Below, piece after piece: positions 16,603 to 26,475 of a stretch of 64,000 nt of DNA (position 1 is the stretch's first letter; every line of letters begins with the position of its first letter). Position numbers and translations under genes: made by a program. The notes under the pieces were generated by a model. The model saw nothing but the letters and a program-made list of their open reading frames with translations, did no database searches and was not told the origin of the DNA. The stretch is from Candidatus Eiseniibacteriota bacterium (lineage in GTDB: Bacteria; Eisenbacteria; RBG-16-71-46): assembly GCA_963717935.1 (NCBI GenBank), contig CAVQXP010000004.1:352001-416000 (forward strand). Direction: 5' to 3'.

Positions 16603-19600
16603 ATGAGGTCCCGTCTGCTGCCCATGGTCCTGGGCGTCGCGCTGGCCGCGCTCCTGCGGTCCACCACGCCGGCCGCCGCGCTCGAGGAGTGCCGCCTGCT
16701 GCGCCAGCCCGACATCCAGGGCGACCGAATCGTGTTCGTCTACGCCGGCGACCTGTGGAGCGTGGCCCGCGCGGGCGGCGTCGCCTGGCGCCTCACCTCG
16801 CACGAGGGCGTCGAGTCGTTCCCGAAGCTCTCGCCCGACGGCGGGACCGTCGCCTTCACCGCGGAGTACGACGGGAACATCGACGCCTACACGATCCCGG
16901 CCGAGGGCGGCGAGCCCACCCGCCTCACCTGGCACCCGCTGCCCGACCAGGTGGCCGAGTGGTACCCCGACGGCAGGGCGATCCTGCTCCGCTCGCGTCG
17001 CGCCTCCGCCATCCAGCGCTACGACCGTTTCCTCAAGGTGCCGGCGCGGGGCGGCTTCGAGGAGACGCTGCCGCTGCCCACGGGCGGCTACGCCTCGTTC
17101 TCACCCGACGGCGGCCAGATCGCGTTCGTCTCGCCCTCCTACGACAACCGTACGTGGAAGCGCTACCGCGGCGGCGATGCCCCGCAGATCTGGACCTACG
17201 ATTTCAAGAAGAACACCTCCGAGAGGATCACCGACTGGCCCGGGCCCGACGAGTGGCCAATGTGGCACGGGCGCACGGTCTACTACGCCTCGGACCGCGG
17301 CGGGCGCACGGTCAACCTCTGGGCCTACGACCTCGACCAGCGGACCCATCGCCAGGTCACCCGGTTCACCGACTACGACGTGAAATGGCCGAGCCTCGGC
17401 GCCGACGCCATCGTCTTCGAGAACGGCGGCTACCTCTACGTCCTCGACCTGCCCGGCGAGGCCCCCCGGAAGATCCAGGTGCTGGTGCCCGACGACAAAC
17501 CGGCCGCCCGGGCCGAGTACCGCAACGTCTCGCGATGGATCACCGACTTCGACCTGTCGCCCTCGGCCAAGCGCGCGGTGTTCGCGGCGCGCGGCGACCT
17601 GTTCACGGTGCCCGCCGAGAAGGGCGACGTGCGCCTGCTGGTGGGCACGGCCGGCGCACGCGAACGTGATCCAGCGTGGTCGCTGGACGGCAAGTGGATC
17701 GCCTACCTGTCGGACCAGAGCGGCGAGTACGAGATCTGGGTGGTGGGCAGCGACGGCATGACGGCTCCGCGCCAGGTGACGACGGGCGGCAGCACGTTCC
17801 GCTTCGCGCCGCGCTGGTCGCCGGACTCGAAGAAGCTGGCGTTCTCGGACAAGACCCGCACCCTGTGGTGGTGCGACGTCGCCACCGGCAGGCTCACGAA
17901 GGTGGACAAGGGCGAGTACGGCGAGATCCACGATTACGCGTGGGCGCCCGACTCGAAGTGGCTCGCCTACAGCAAGGCCAACGCCGCCGACTTCCAACTC
18001 ATCCACCTCTACGCGCTCGACGGCGCCGTCACCCCCGTCTCGACCGGCATGACGGACGACTTCGCGCCCGCCTTCGACCTGGACGGCAACTACCTCTATT
18101 TCATCTCGCGCCGCACCTTGAATCCGGAATCCGGCGCCTTCGAGTTCAACTTCCAGTTCAGCGCGACGGACAAGATCTACGCGATGTCCCTGCGTGACAC
18201 GCTGCTCACCCCGGTCGCGCCACAGAGCGACGAAGAGGTGGGCGAGACGAAGAAGGACGAGGGCGGGCCGGGAAAGGGGGACAAGGGCGAGAAGGGTGGC
18301 AAGGTCGAGGCCGAGAAGCCGGCGGAGGCGAAACCGGTCAAGATCGACCTGGCCGGGCTCGGGCAGCGCGTGGCGGCGCTGCCGGTGCCGGCAGCCCGTT
18401 ACGCCAGCGTGTCCGCGTACAAGGGCAAGCTCGTCTTCTTCGCCCTCGATCCCACCGATCCCGACAGCGACGACGGCGGCACGGGCTCGTTCAAGCTTCT
18501 CGACCTCGAGAAGCGCGAGGTGAAGACGGCCCTCTCCGGCGTGGACGCCGCGGGCGCGCTCTCGAAGGACGGCGGCAAGTTGCTGTACAAGGCCCGTGAC
18601 GCCTACGGCATCGTGGACGTCGCCGAGGGCAAGAAGGTCGGCGACGGCAAGCTGGCCACCGGGCAGCTCATGACGACCGTGGACCCCCGCCAGGAATGGC
18701 TGCAGATCTTCAACGAGGCCTGGCGGCTCGAGCGCGACTTCTACTACGACCCGGCCATGGGCGGGCTCGACTGGCAGGCCGTGGGCGAGCGTTACCGCGC
18801 GCTCGTGCCCCATGTCGCCCACCGCGCGGATCTCAACTACATCCTCGGCGAACTGCAGGGGGAGCTGTCGACCTCCCACGCCTACGTGGGGGGCGGCGAC
18901 GTGCCGCAGGCCCCGCGCGTGGACGTCGGCCTGCTGGGCGCCGACTACGAGCTGGACGCCGCGAGTGGCCTGTACCGCTTCCAGACCATCTACCGGGCGC
19001 GAGACTGGAACTCGGAGGTCGAGGCGCCGCTCGGCATGCCCGGCATCGGTGTCAAGGAGGGCGACTACCTGCTGGAGGTGAACGACCGGCCGGTCCGCGC
19101 TTCCCAGAACGTGTTCGCGGCCTTCGAGGGCACGGCCGGCAAGCAGACGCGCATCAAGGTCGGCCGCTCGCCCGGCGACCCGAAGGCGCGCACCTACACG
19201 GTGAAGCCCGTCGCCAGCGAGGGCACGCTCCGCTACACGGCCTGGGTGGACGGCAATCGCGAGAAGGTGGCAAAGGCCACCGGCGGCCGCATCGCGTACA
19301 TCCACGTGCCCAACACGGCAACGCAGGGCATCCAGGAGTTCAGCAAGCAGTACTACCCGCAGACGGACAGGCAGGGCATCATCGTGGACGAGCGCTTCAA
19401 CGGCGGCGGCTTCATCCCCGACTTCTTCGTGGAACGGCTCCGCCGCAAGTCCCTGGCGTACTGGTCGACCCGCGACGGCGCGGACAACCGCACGCCGTCC
19501 ACGGCCATCGACGGGCCCAAGTGCATCCTCATCAACCAGTACGCGGGCTCGGGCGGTGACGCCTTCCCCCACTACTTCCGCCTGCTCGGCGTCGGCCCGC

Positions 19601-19899
19601 TCATCGGCATGCGCACCTGGGGCGGACTCGTCGGCATCAGCCACAACCTGCCGCTCGTGGACGGGGGCGGCATCACGATGCCGGACTTCGGCATGTGGGA
19701 CCCGTACAAGGGCGAATGGGTGATCGAGAACCACGGCGTGGACCCGGACATCGAGGTCGAGAACACGCCGAGCGAGATGGTCTCGGGCCGCGACCCGCAG
19801 CTCGAGCGCGCCATCCAGTGGACGCTCGATGAACTGCAGAAGAATCCGCTGAAGAAGTACCCGAGGCCGAAGTACAAGGTGCAGGAGGGGCTGCGGTAG
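16603..19899 (+). CDS. Tricorn protease-like S41 peptidase (secreted)
   Basis: PD40/WD propellers, GEL.TSH.Y, PDZ, IIVDERFNGGG, catalytic GSGGD, RTWGG and IENHGV.PDI motifs. Confidence 0.96.
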   Translation: MRSRLLPMVLGVALAALLRSTTPAAALEECRLLRQPDIQGDRIVFVYAGDLWSVARAGGVAWRLTSHEGVESFPKLSPDGGTVAFTAEYDGNIDAYTIPAEGGEPTRLTWHPLPDQVAEWYPDGRAILLRSRRASAIQRYDRFLKVPARGGFEETLPLPTGGYASFSPDGGQIAFVSPSYDNRTWKRYRGGDAPQIWTYDFKKNTSERITDWPGPDEWPMWHGRTVYYASDRGGRTVNLWAYDLDQRTHRQVTRFTDYDVKWPSLGADAIVFENGGYLYVLDLPGEAPRKIQVLVPDDKPAARAEYRNVSRWITDFDLSPSAKRAVFAARGDLFTVPAEKGDVRLLVGTAGARERDPAWSLDGKWIAYLSDQSGEYEIWVVGSDGMTAPRQVTTGGSTFRFAPRWSPDSKKLAFSDKTRTLWWCDVATGRLTKVDKGEYGEIHDYAWAPDSKWLAYSKANAADFQLIHLYALDGAVTPVSTGMTDDFAPAFDLDGNYLYFISRRTLNPESGAFEFNFQFSATDKIYAMSLRDTLLTPVAPQSDEEVGETKKDEGGPGKGDKGEKGGKVEAEKPAEAKPVKIDLAGLGQRVAALPVPAARYASVSAYKGKLVFFALDPTDPDSDDGGTGSFKLLDLEKREVKTALSGVDAAGALSKDGGKLLYKARDAYGIVDVAEGKKVGDGKLATGQLMTTVDPRQEWLQIFNEAWRLERDFYYDPAMGGLDWQAVGERYRALVPHVAHRADLNYILGELQGELSTSHAYVGGGDVPQAPRVDVGLLGADYELDAASGLYRFQTIYRARDWNSEVEAPLGMPGIGVKEGDYLLEVNDRPVRASQNVFAAFEGTAGKQTRIKVGRSPGDPKARTYTVKPVASEGTLRYTAWVDGNREKVAKATGGRIAYIHVPNTATQGIQEFSKQYYPQTDRQGIIVDERFNGGGFIPDFFVERLRRKSLAYWSTRDGADNRTPSTAIDGPKCILINQYAGSGGDAFPHYFRLLGVGPLIGMRTWGGLVGISHNLPLVDGGGITMPDFGMWDPYKGEWVIENHGVDPDIEVENTPSEMVSGRDPQLERAIQWTLDELQKNPLKKYPRPKYKVQEGLR

Positions 19900-19933
19900 A
19901 GGATCGGCAACGGGCGCAGGCCCGCGCAACATC

Positions 19934-19959
19934 GGACCCCGGTCGCGAGGCCGGGGTCC
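19934..19959. terminator. Hairpin between convergent genes
   Basis: GGACCCCGGTC-GCGA-GGCCGGGGTCC (GNRA loop). Confidence 0.5.
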
Positions 19960-19966
19960 CTGCGCG

Positions 19967-20737
19967 TCAGATGCCGGAGCCGGGGTCGGGCTGCCCCTCG
20001 CCGTCGTCCGCGTCTGCGGCGCTGTCGCTCATCGAGCGGAACGCCTGCTCGACCTGCTCGGCCGTCAATCCGCTCGGCACCGCGACGGAGACCGGCCGAC
20101 GACGCAGCTCCGCGATCTCGCGCGCGAGCTCCTGCACCTGCTCGTGCAGCGCGGTGATGGCGCGGGCCGTGGGGTCGGGGATGCGGTTGTGCTCGAGCTC
20201 GTGGCCCGGCCGTCTCCCCTCCTCCTCCTTCTCCTCGAGCACGCGACCCGGGATGCCGACGATGGTCGAGCGCGGCGGCGCCGATTTCACGACCACCGAG
20301 CCGGAACCGACGCGCGAGTGGTGCCCGATGGTGATGTTGCCGAGCACCTTCGCGCCCGAGCCGATCACGACATGCTCCTCGAGCGTCGGATGCCGCTTGC
20401 CGCGGCTCACGCTCGTGCCGCCGAGGGTGACGCCCTGGTAGATCAGGCAGTCGTCGCGGATCTCGGCGGTCTCGCCGATCACGACGCCCATGCCGTGGTC
20501 GATGAACACGCGCCGGCCGATCGTGGCGCCGGGGTGGATCTCGACGCCGGTGAAGAACCGCGCGAGGTGCGAGATCAGCCGGGGCAGCAGCGGGATCCGC
20601 CAGCGCCACAGCGGATGCGCGATCCGGTGCCACCAGAGGGCGTGCAGCCCCGGATAGCACAACAGGATCTCGAGCGCGCCGCGGGCCGCGGGGTCCTTCC
20701 CGCGGACCGTCCGGATGTCCTCGACCACTCTGAGCAT
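19967..20737 (-). CDS. cysE: Serine O-acetyltransferase
   Basis: [34 protein letters not shown] and KRHPT motifs. Confidence 0.96.
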   Translation of the reverse strand: MLRVVEDIRTVRGKDPAARGALEILLCYPGLHALWWHRIAHPLWRWRIPLLPRLISHLARFFTGVEIHPGATIGRRVFIDHGMGVVIGETAEIRDDCLIYQGVTLGGTSVSRGKRHPTLEEHVVIGSGAKVLGNITIGHHSRVGSGSVVVKSAPPRSTIVGIPGRVLEEKEEEGRRPGHELEHNRIPDPTARAITALHEQVQELAREIAELRRRPVSVAVPSGLTAEQVEQAFRSMSDSAADADDGEGQPDPGSGI

Positions 20738-20760
20738 GGGCTCCCCTGCGCCGCGCCGCC

Positions 20761-21717
20761 CTAGCGGCCGGCGTCTCCCACATCCCCGGGGAAATCGAAC
20801 AGCGGCGTCGAGAGGTAGCGCTCGCCGTGGCTCGCGAGCACCGCGACGATCAGCTTCCCGGCCATCTCCGGCCGCTTCGCCACCTGCAGGGCCGCCCAGA
20901 CGCTGGCGCCCGACGAGATCCCGGCCATGATCCCCTCCGCACGGCAGAGCCGCCGCGCCGTCGCGAACGCGTCGTCGTTCGTGACCTGGACGATCTCGTC
21001 GATCAGGTCCGTGCGCAACACCCTCGGGATGAAGCCCGCGCCGATCCCCTGGATCCCGTGCGGGCCGGGCGCTCCGCCCGAGAGCACCGGGGAGTCCACC
21101 GGCTCCACCGCCACGGCGCGGAGCCCGGGCTTCTTCGCCTTGAGGGCCTCGGCGACCCCCGTGATCGTGCCGCCCGTCCCCACCCCCGCCACGACCGCGT
21201 CCACCCGCCCATCGGTGTCGTCCCAGATCTCGACCGCGGTCGTCTCGCGGTGGACCCTCGGGTTCGCGGGATTGTCGAACTGACCGATGATCATCGAGTC
21301 GGGGATCTCCTTCTGCAGCTCGTCGGCGCGCGCGATCGCGCCCTTCATCCCCTTCGCGCCCTCGGTCAGCACGACGCGCGCGCCCAGCGCCTGGAGGATC
21401 TTGCGCCGCTCGATGGACATGGTCTCGGGCATGGTGAGGACGAGCCGGATGTCCTGGGCCGCGCAGATGAAGGCGAGCGCGATCCCCGTGTTGCCCGACG
21501 TGGGCTCGATCACGGTCGTGACGCCCGGCCGGATCGCGCCGCGCTCGAGAGCATCCTTGATCATCGAGCGGCCGATACGGTCCTTGACCGACGACATCGG
21601 GTTGAAGGACTCGAGCTTGAGCACCAGTTCGGCCTGGAGACCCTGCTGGAGCCGTTGCAGCCGGACCAGCGGGGTGCGACCGATGGTGTCGATGATGCTG
21701 TCGTAGATGCGAGCCAT
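20761..21717 (-). CDS. cysK: Cysteine synthase A
   Basis: IG.TPLV, NP.SSVKDRI (PLP Lys), [21 protein letters not shown] and GERYLST motifs; start trimmed to ATG 21717. Confidence 0.97.
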   Translation of the reverse strand: MARIYDSIIDTIGRTPLVRLQRLQQGLQAELVLKLESFNPMSSVKDRIGRSMIKDALERGAIRPGVTTVIEPTSGNTGIALAFICAAQDIRLVLTMPETMSIERRKILQALGARVVLTEGAKGMKGAIARADELQKEIPDSMIIGQFDNPANPRVHRETTAVEIWDDTDGRVDAVVAGVGTGGTITGVAEALKAKKPGLRAVAVEPVDSPVLSGGAPGPHGIQGIGAGFIPRVLRTDLIDEIVQVTNDDAFATARRLCRAEGIMAGISSGASVWAALQVAKRPEMAGKLIVAVLASHGERYLSTPLFDFPGDVGDAGR

Positions 21718-21889
21718 GCGCTCCCTTCCTCTCCGGCTGTTCGAACCGCTGCGGCCGCGCTGCCCGGCACGACGTCGGTGATGGCCCCCCGTCGAGCTCG
21801 AGGCCAAGCGAGAAGCGCAGGCCCGTCCTCTGGTCCCAGACCCGCGCCTGAGCCCGCTCTCCAGCGCCCGGGCTGTCGCTCCAGGCCGG

Positions 21890-22105
21890 CCGCCAGCATT
21901 TCCTTCGATGCCCCCGGGCGGCGCCCGTTGCGGGGCAGATGCCGGCCGGGACCCGAAGAGGGCGCGCCAGTCCTGGGCCGCGATCTGCCCCAGGGCCTTC
22001 ACGACGTCGTCAAGGTCGTACGGGACCACCGCGGGCGGACCGCCGCGGCCGCCGAAGGACAGGCGGCACAAGCCGTCCGGGGAGCGCCTTCCACCGCCCG
22101 CTGAA
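21890..22105 (-). pseudogene. Internal remnant of an M61 glycyl aminopeptidase
   Basis: [16 protein letters not shown]...[25 protein letters not shown]...APPGGIE matches my recollection of the M61 SLDDF...Y.FDDVV.AL....YDW..F segment. Confidence 0.6.
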
Positions 22106-22200
22106 TCCCGTGTCCCGGGCCCGCGCCGCGGCGCTATGATGCGCGCGACCGATTCTCAGGATCCCGCTTTCCGGAACGAACGACACTCCGGAGGTCGCCG

Positions 22201-22665
22201 ATGGCAGACATCCGCCTCATCGTCAACGGCCGCACGCACGCGGTCGACGTGGACCCCGAGACGCCGCTGCTCTGGGTGCTGCGCGAGACCCTTGGCCTCA
22301 CCGGGACGAAGTACGGCTGCGGCGCCGGGCTGTGCGGCAGCTGCACCGTGCTGATCGACGGTGAGCCCGCGCGCTCGTGCCAGATCACGGCCGTACAGGC
22401 CGAGGACGCGAACATCACCACGATCGAAGGTCTCTCGCGCGACCGAAGCCACCCGCTGCAGACGGCCTGGCTCGCGGAGCAGGTGCCCCAGTGCGGCTAC
22501 TGCCAGTCCGGGCAGATCCTGGCCGCGGCCGCGCTGCTCGCGAAGAACCCCGACCCCAGCGACGCCGACATCGACCGCGCGCTCTCCGCCAACCTGTGCC
22601 GTTGCGGGACCTATCCGCGCATCCGCCGCGCCATCCACCTCGCGGCGAAGGGAGGCACCCGATGA
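22201..22665 (+). CDS. (2Fe-2S) subunit of isoquinoline/aldehyde oxidoreductase (IorA-like)
   Basis: [22 protein letters not shown] and NLCRCGTY motifs. Confidence 0.95.
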   Translation: MADIRLIVNGRTHAVDVDPETPLLWVLRETLGLTGTKYGCGAGLCGSCTVLIDGEPARSCQITAVQAEDANITTIEGLSRDRSHPLQTAWLAEQVPQCGYCQSGQILAAAALLAKNPDPSDADIDRALSANLCRCGTYPRIRRAIHLAAKGGTR

Positions 22666-24764
22666 GCACGACTCGTCGTGATTTCCTCAAGACCGGAGCG
22701 CTCGCCGGCGCCGGCCTCGTCATCGCGCTCCACCTGCCCGGGACCGCGCGGACCGCCACAGCAGGGGCTGCAGGCCTCGAGCCCAACGCCTACCTGCGCG
22801 TGGCACCGGACGGCACCGTCACCGTGATGATCGCGCGCTCCGAGCTCGGCCAGGGCACGAGCACCGCGCTCGCCATGCTCGTCGCCGAGGAGCTCGAGGC
22901 GGACTGGCGGAAGGTCCGCATCGAGCAGGCCATCCCGGCACCCGTCTACGGCAACATGACCACCGGCGGCAGCGCCAGCATCCGCTCGCTGTGGAAGCCC
23001 ATGCGCAAGGCCGGTGCGCAGGCGCGAGAGCTGCTCGTCGGTGCCGCCGCGGCTCAGTGGAAGGTGGACCGCGCCGCCTGCCGGGCCGGGAACGGCGAGG
23101 TCGTGCACGCGGCGAGCGGCCGGCGTCTCGGCTACGGCGCGCTCGCCGCCGCCGCCGCGAAGCTGCCCGTGCCGGCCGACCCCCCGCTCAAGGACCACAG
23201 GCAGCATTGCGTCATCGGAACCACGCCCGCGCGCTTCGACGCCCCCGCCAAGGTGGACGGCGCCGCCGTGTTCGGCGCCGACGTGCGCGTGCCGGGCATG
23301 CTCTACGCCTCGATCGCGCAGTGCCCCGTGTTCGGCGGACGGGCCACGGGCTTCGATCCCGCCGCAACACTCCAGGTCCCCGGTGTCGTGCGGGTCGAGC
23401 GCGTCGGCGACGGCGTGGCCGTGCTCGCGAAGAGCACCTGGGCCGCGTTTCGCGGGCGCGAGGCGCTGCGCGTCACCTGGGACGAGGGACCGCTCGCCAC
23501 GCTCGACAGCGCCGCCATCCGCGCGAAGTTCGCCGAGCTGGCGGGGCAGCCCGCCCACACCGCGCGCAAGGAGGGCCGCGGCGCCGCGGCGCTCGCCGGC
23601 GCCGCGCGCACCCTCGAGGCCGTGTACGAAGTGCCCTATCTCGCACACACGCCCATGGAGCCCATGAACTGCACCGCCCACGCGCGCCCCGGGGCGTGCG
23701 AGGTCTGGGTGCCCACGCAGAGCGGCAGCGGCGCGCGCGAGGCCGCCGCGAAGGCCGCCGGGGTCGACCCCGGCGTCGTCACCGTGCACATGACGCTCAT
23801 CGGCGGCGGCTTCGGCGCCCGCCACCGGCAGGACTACGTCGTGCAGGCCGTGCTGCTGTCCAGGTCCGCCGGCGCCCCCGTCCAGGTCGTGTGGACGCGC
23901 GAGGACGACGTCCAGCACGATGTCTACCGGCCCGCGACCTACAACGTGCTGCGCGCCGGCCTCGACCCGGCCGGCTCGCCCATCGCCTGGACCCACCGCA
24001 TCGTCGCGCCCGGCATCGCCACGCAGATGGGGTTCGTGAAGCAGGGCGATCCCGACTGGAGCTCCCTCGACGGCGCCGCCAACCTGCCCTACGCCATCCC
24101 CAACCTCGAGGTGGAGCTCGTCACGCATGATCCCGGCGTCCCGCTCGGCTGGTGGCGCTCGGTCGCCTCGTCGCAGAACGCCTACGTCACCGAGTGCTTC
24201 CTCGACGAAGTGGCGACCGCCGCCGGCCGTGACCCGTACGAGTTGCGGCGCGAGCTGCTCGGGGACAAGCCGCGGCATCGGGCCGTGCTCGAGCTGGCCG
24301 CGCAGAAGGCCGGATGGGGCTCGGCGTTGCCCGCGGGCCAGGGGCGCGGCATCGCCGTGCACGAGAGCTTCGGCTCGTTCGTCGCACAGGTCGCCGAGGT
24401 GGAGGTCGCCCCCGACGGCGCCGTGCGCGTGAAGCGCGTGGTGTGCGCCGTGGACTGCGGCACCATGGTGCATCCCGACCTGGTCCGCTCGCAGATGGAG
24501 GGCGGCATCCTCTACGGCCTGAGCGCAGCGCTGAAGAGCGAGATCACCATCGAGCGGGGCCGCGTCGTGCAGGGCAACTTCAACGACTACCCGATGCTGA
24601 CGATCGACGAGTGCCCCGTGATCGAAGTCCACCTGGCGCCGAGCGGCGACCCGGTCGGCGGCATCGGCGAGCCCGGGCTGCCGCCGGCCGCACCGGCGGT
24701 GGCGAACGCGGTGGCGAAGGCGACCGGGAGACCGGTGAGGAGGCTGCCGATCGGGGCGGCGTGA
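22662..24764 (+). CDS. Molybdopterin subunit (IorB-like) with Tat signal
   Basis: TRRDFLK, E.GQG, TGGSAS, MEPMNC, GGGFG, WRSV, QMEGG and GIGEPGLPP motifs; ATGA coupling. Confidence 0.95.
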   Translation: MSTTRRDFLKTGALAGAGLVIALHLPGTARTATAGAAGLEPNAYLRVAPDGTVTVMIARSELGQGTSTALAMLVAEELEADWRKVRIEQAIPAPVYGNMTTGGSASIRSLWKPMRKAGAQARELLVGAAAAQWKVDRAACRAGNGEVVHAASGRRLGYGALAAAAAKLPVPADPPLKDHRQHCVIGTTPARFDAPAKVDGAAVFGADVRVPGMLYASIAQCPVFGGRATGFDPAATLQVPGVVRVERVGDGVAVLAKSTWAAFRGREALRVTWDEGPLATLDSAAIRAKFAELAGQPAHTARKEGRGAAALAGAARTLEAVYEVPYLAHTPMEPMNCTAHARPGACEVWVPTQSGSGAREAAAKAAGVDPGVVTVHMTLIGGGFGARHRQDYVVQAVLLSRSAGAPVQVVWTREDDVQHDVYRPATYNVLRAGLDPAGSPIAWTHRIVAPGIATQMGFVKQGDPDWSSLDGAANLPYAIPNLEVELVTHDPGVPLGWWRSVASSQNAYVTECFLDEVATAAGRDPYELRRELLGDKPRHRAVLELAAQKAGWGSALPAGQGRGIAVHESFGSFVAQVAEVEVAPDGAVRVKRVVCAVDCGTMVHPDLVRSQMEGGILYGLSAALKSEITIERGRVVQGNFNDYPMLTIDECPVIEVHLAPSGDPVGGIGEPGLPPAAPAVANAVAKATGRPVRRLPIGAA

Positions 24765-24804
24765 GGGGGCGTAGCGTCCCCCGCTTCTGCTACCCTCCCC
24801 CGTC

Positions 24805-26451
24805 ATGCGCTTCGCCCCCTTCGTCCTCGCCACGCTCTGCGTGCTCGTCCTCTTCCTCGGCCTGGACCGGGTGGGCGTGCTGGACGAACGCGAGGCACGC
24901 GACGCGCAGGTCGCACGGGAGCTGATCCGGCACGGCGAGGCGCTGACGCCCCTCTACGGCGCGCAACCGCTCTACGAGAAGCCCCTGCTCGCCTACGCGC
25001 TCGAAGCGCTGGCGTACTGGCGCGAACCGGCCTCACCGGTGCATTCCCGCCAGATGCGCGCGGGCCTCGCGGTGCTGCTCATCCTCATCACGGGCATGGC
25101 GGGGGGGCGGCACTTCGGCCCACGCGCCGGGGTCTTCGCGGCGGGCGTGCTCGCCACCTCGGTCGTGCTGCCGCTGGCGGCGCGCAGCGACGGCACGCAG
25201 ATGCTCGGCTCGGTCTTCGCCTGGATCGGCTGCGCGGGCCTCGCCGACGTGGTCTTCGGCCGCGCACGCGGTCGCGATCTGCGGCTGGTGGTCACGTACG
25301 CGGCGCTGGCGGCGGCGCTGGTGTGCGCGGGGCCGCTCACGGCGCTGTGGCCCCTCGGGGGGCTCGCGCTCTACCTGGGGCTGGCGCGCGACCGCGAGGG
25401 CTGGCGGCGCGCGCGTCCGCTCGCCGGACTCACCCTCATGCTGGGCGTCGCCCTGCCGTGGTACGGAGCCATGATCGAGCGCCGCGGCGCCGACTTCCTC
25501 TCGCACGCGCCGTTCTTCCCCTACGCGGTCGGGCCGCCGATGCCGTGGCTCGCGGGCGCGGTGTTCGCGATCCCGTTCCTGGTGGTCGGCTGCTTCCCGT
25601 GGAGCGCACTGCTCCCCGACGCGATGGTGCACGCGGCGACGTGGTGGCGCGGACGCGGGCGCCTGCCGCTGCTGCGCATCGGGTCGACCGGGCCGGAGTT
25701 CCCGCCGGCCGTGGCGATCGAGCGCGAGAAGCGCGAAGAGGGCGCGGCGCACTTCTTCATCGCCTGCCTGCTCGCGGCGCTCGCGCCGATCCTCGTCTAT
25801 CCGTCACGCCCGCTCACGGCGGCGCTGCCGGCGGTGCCGGCCGTCGCGCTCCTGTGCGGGCGTCTGCTCGACCACCTGTTCGAGGACCCGAAGCGTCTGG
25901 CGCAGGCGGTCACGCGTTCGGCGCTGACGCTGGTCGTGGCGGGAAGCGTGGCGGCGTTCACCTTCGTGGCGCTGGCGGCGCGCATGCGTGACGCGGCCCC
26001 GGACCTGCGTCTGCTGGGGGCGGCCCTGCTCCTCGCCTCCTGGGCGCCGTTCCTCGCGGACCTGATGCGCCGGCGCCGCCTCGCGGCCCTGCTGATGGGG
26101 CTGCCGGTCGTGGTGGGGATGCCGATCGCGTCGCTGCAGGTCCTGCCCGCAATGGAGGACTGGCTCAACACGCGCGCGGCGGCGCAGGCGCTGGACGTCA
26201 CCGCACCGCCGCGCGCGCCGCTCGTGCTGGTGGGCGCACCGCCACCGTCGCTGCGCTTCTACGCCGGGCACGACCTGGTGATCGTGTCGCCCGGGCCGGA
26301 CGCACTGCGGGACTACCGCGCGGCGGACGGGATGACGTACCTCGCCTTCCGCCCCGCGCGCGAGCGCGAAGTCGCGCGCCGCGCGCAGACGCCGCTCGAG
26401 ATCCTCGCGCGCACGCCGACGCTGGTCGTCGGGCGGGTGAGGCCGGAGTAG
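24805..26451 (+). CDS. ArnT/PMT-like (GT39/GT83) membrane glycosyltransferase
   Basis: DE.EAR.A..ARE, P..EKP.L and LPWY motifs; multi-TM. Confidence 0.8.
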   Translation: MRFAPFVLATLCVLVLFLGLDRVGVLDEREARDAQVARELIRHGEALTPLYGAQPLYEKPLLAYALEALAYWREPASPVHSRQMRAGLAVLLILITGMAGGRHFGPRAGVFAAGVLATSVVLPLAARSDGTQMLGSVFAWIGCAGLADVVFGRARGRDLRLVVTYAALAAALVCAGPLTALWPLGGLALYLGLARDREGWRRARPLAGLTLMLGVALPWYGAMIERRGADFLSHAPFFPYAVGPPMPWLAGAVFAIPFLVVGCFPWSALLPDAMVHAATWWRGRGRLPLLRIGSTGPEFPPAVAIEREKREEGAAHFFIACLLAALAPILVYPSRPLTAALPAVPAVALLCGRLLDHLFEDPKRLAQAVTRSALTLVVAGSVAAFTFVALAARMRDAAPDLRLLGAALLLASWAPFLADLMRRRRLAALLMGLPVVVGMPIASLQVLPAMEDWLNTRAAAQALDVTAPPRAPLVLVGAPPPSLRFYAGHDLVIVSPGPDALRDYRAADGMTYLAFRPAREREVARRAQTPLEILARTPTLVVGRVRPE

Positions 26452-26475
26452 GCGGAGCCCGCCGGCCGCGCCGCC

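Noticed and set aside
20761..22071. N-terminally extended 436-aa CysK
   Set aside because: A good SD (GAGGAAGGGAG) precedes ATG 21717; the extension is the M61 relic plus spacer.
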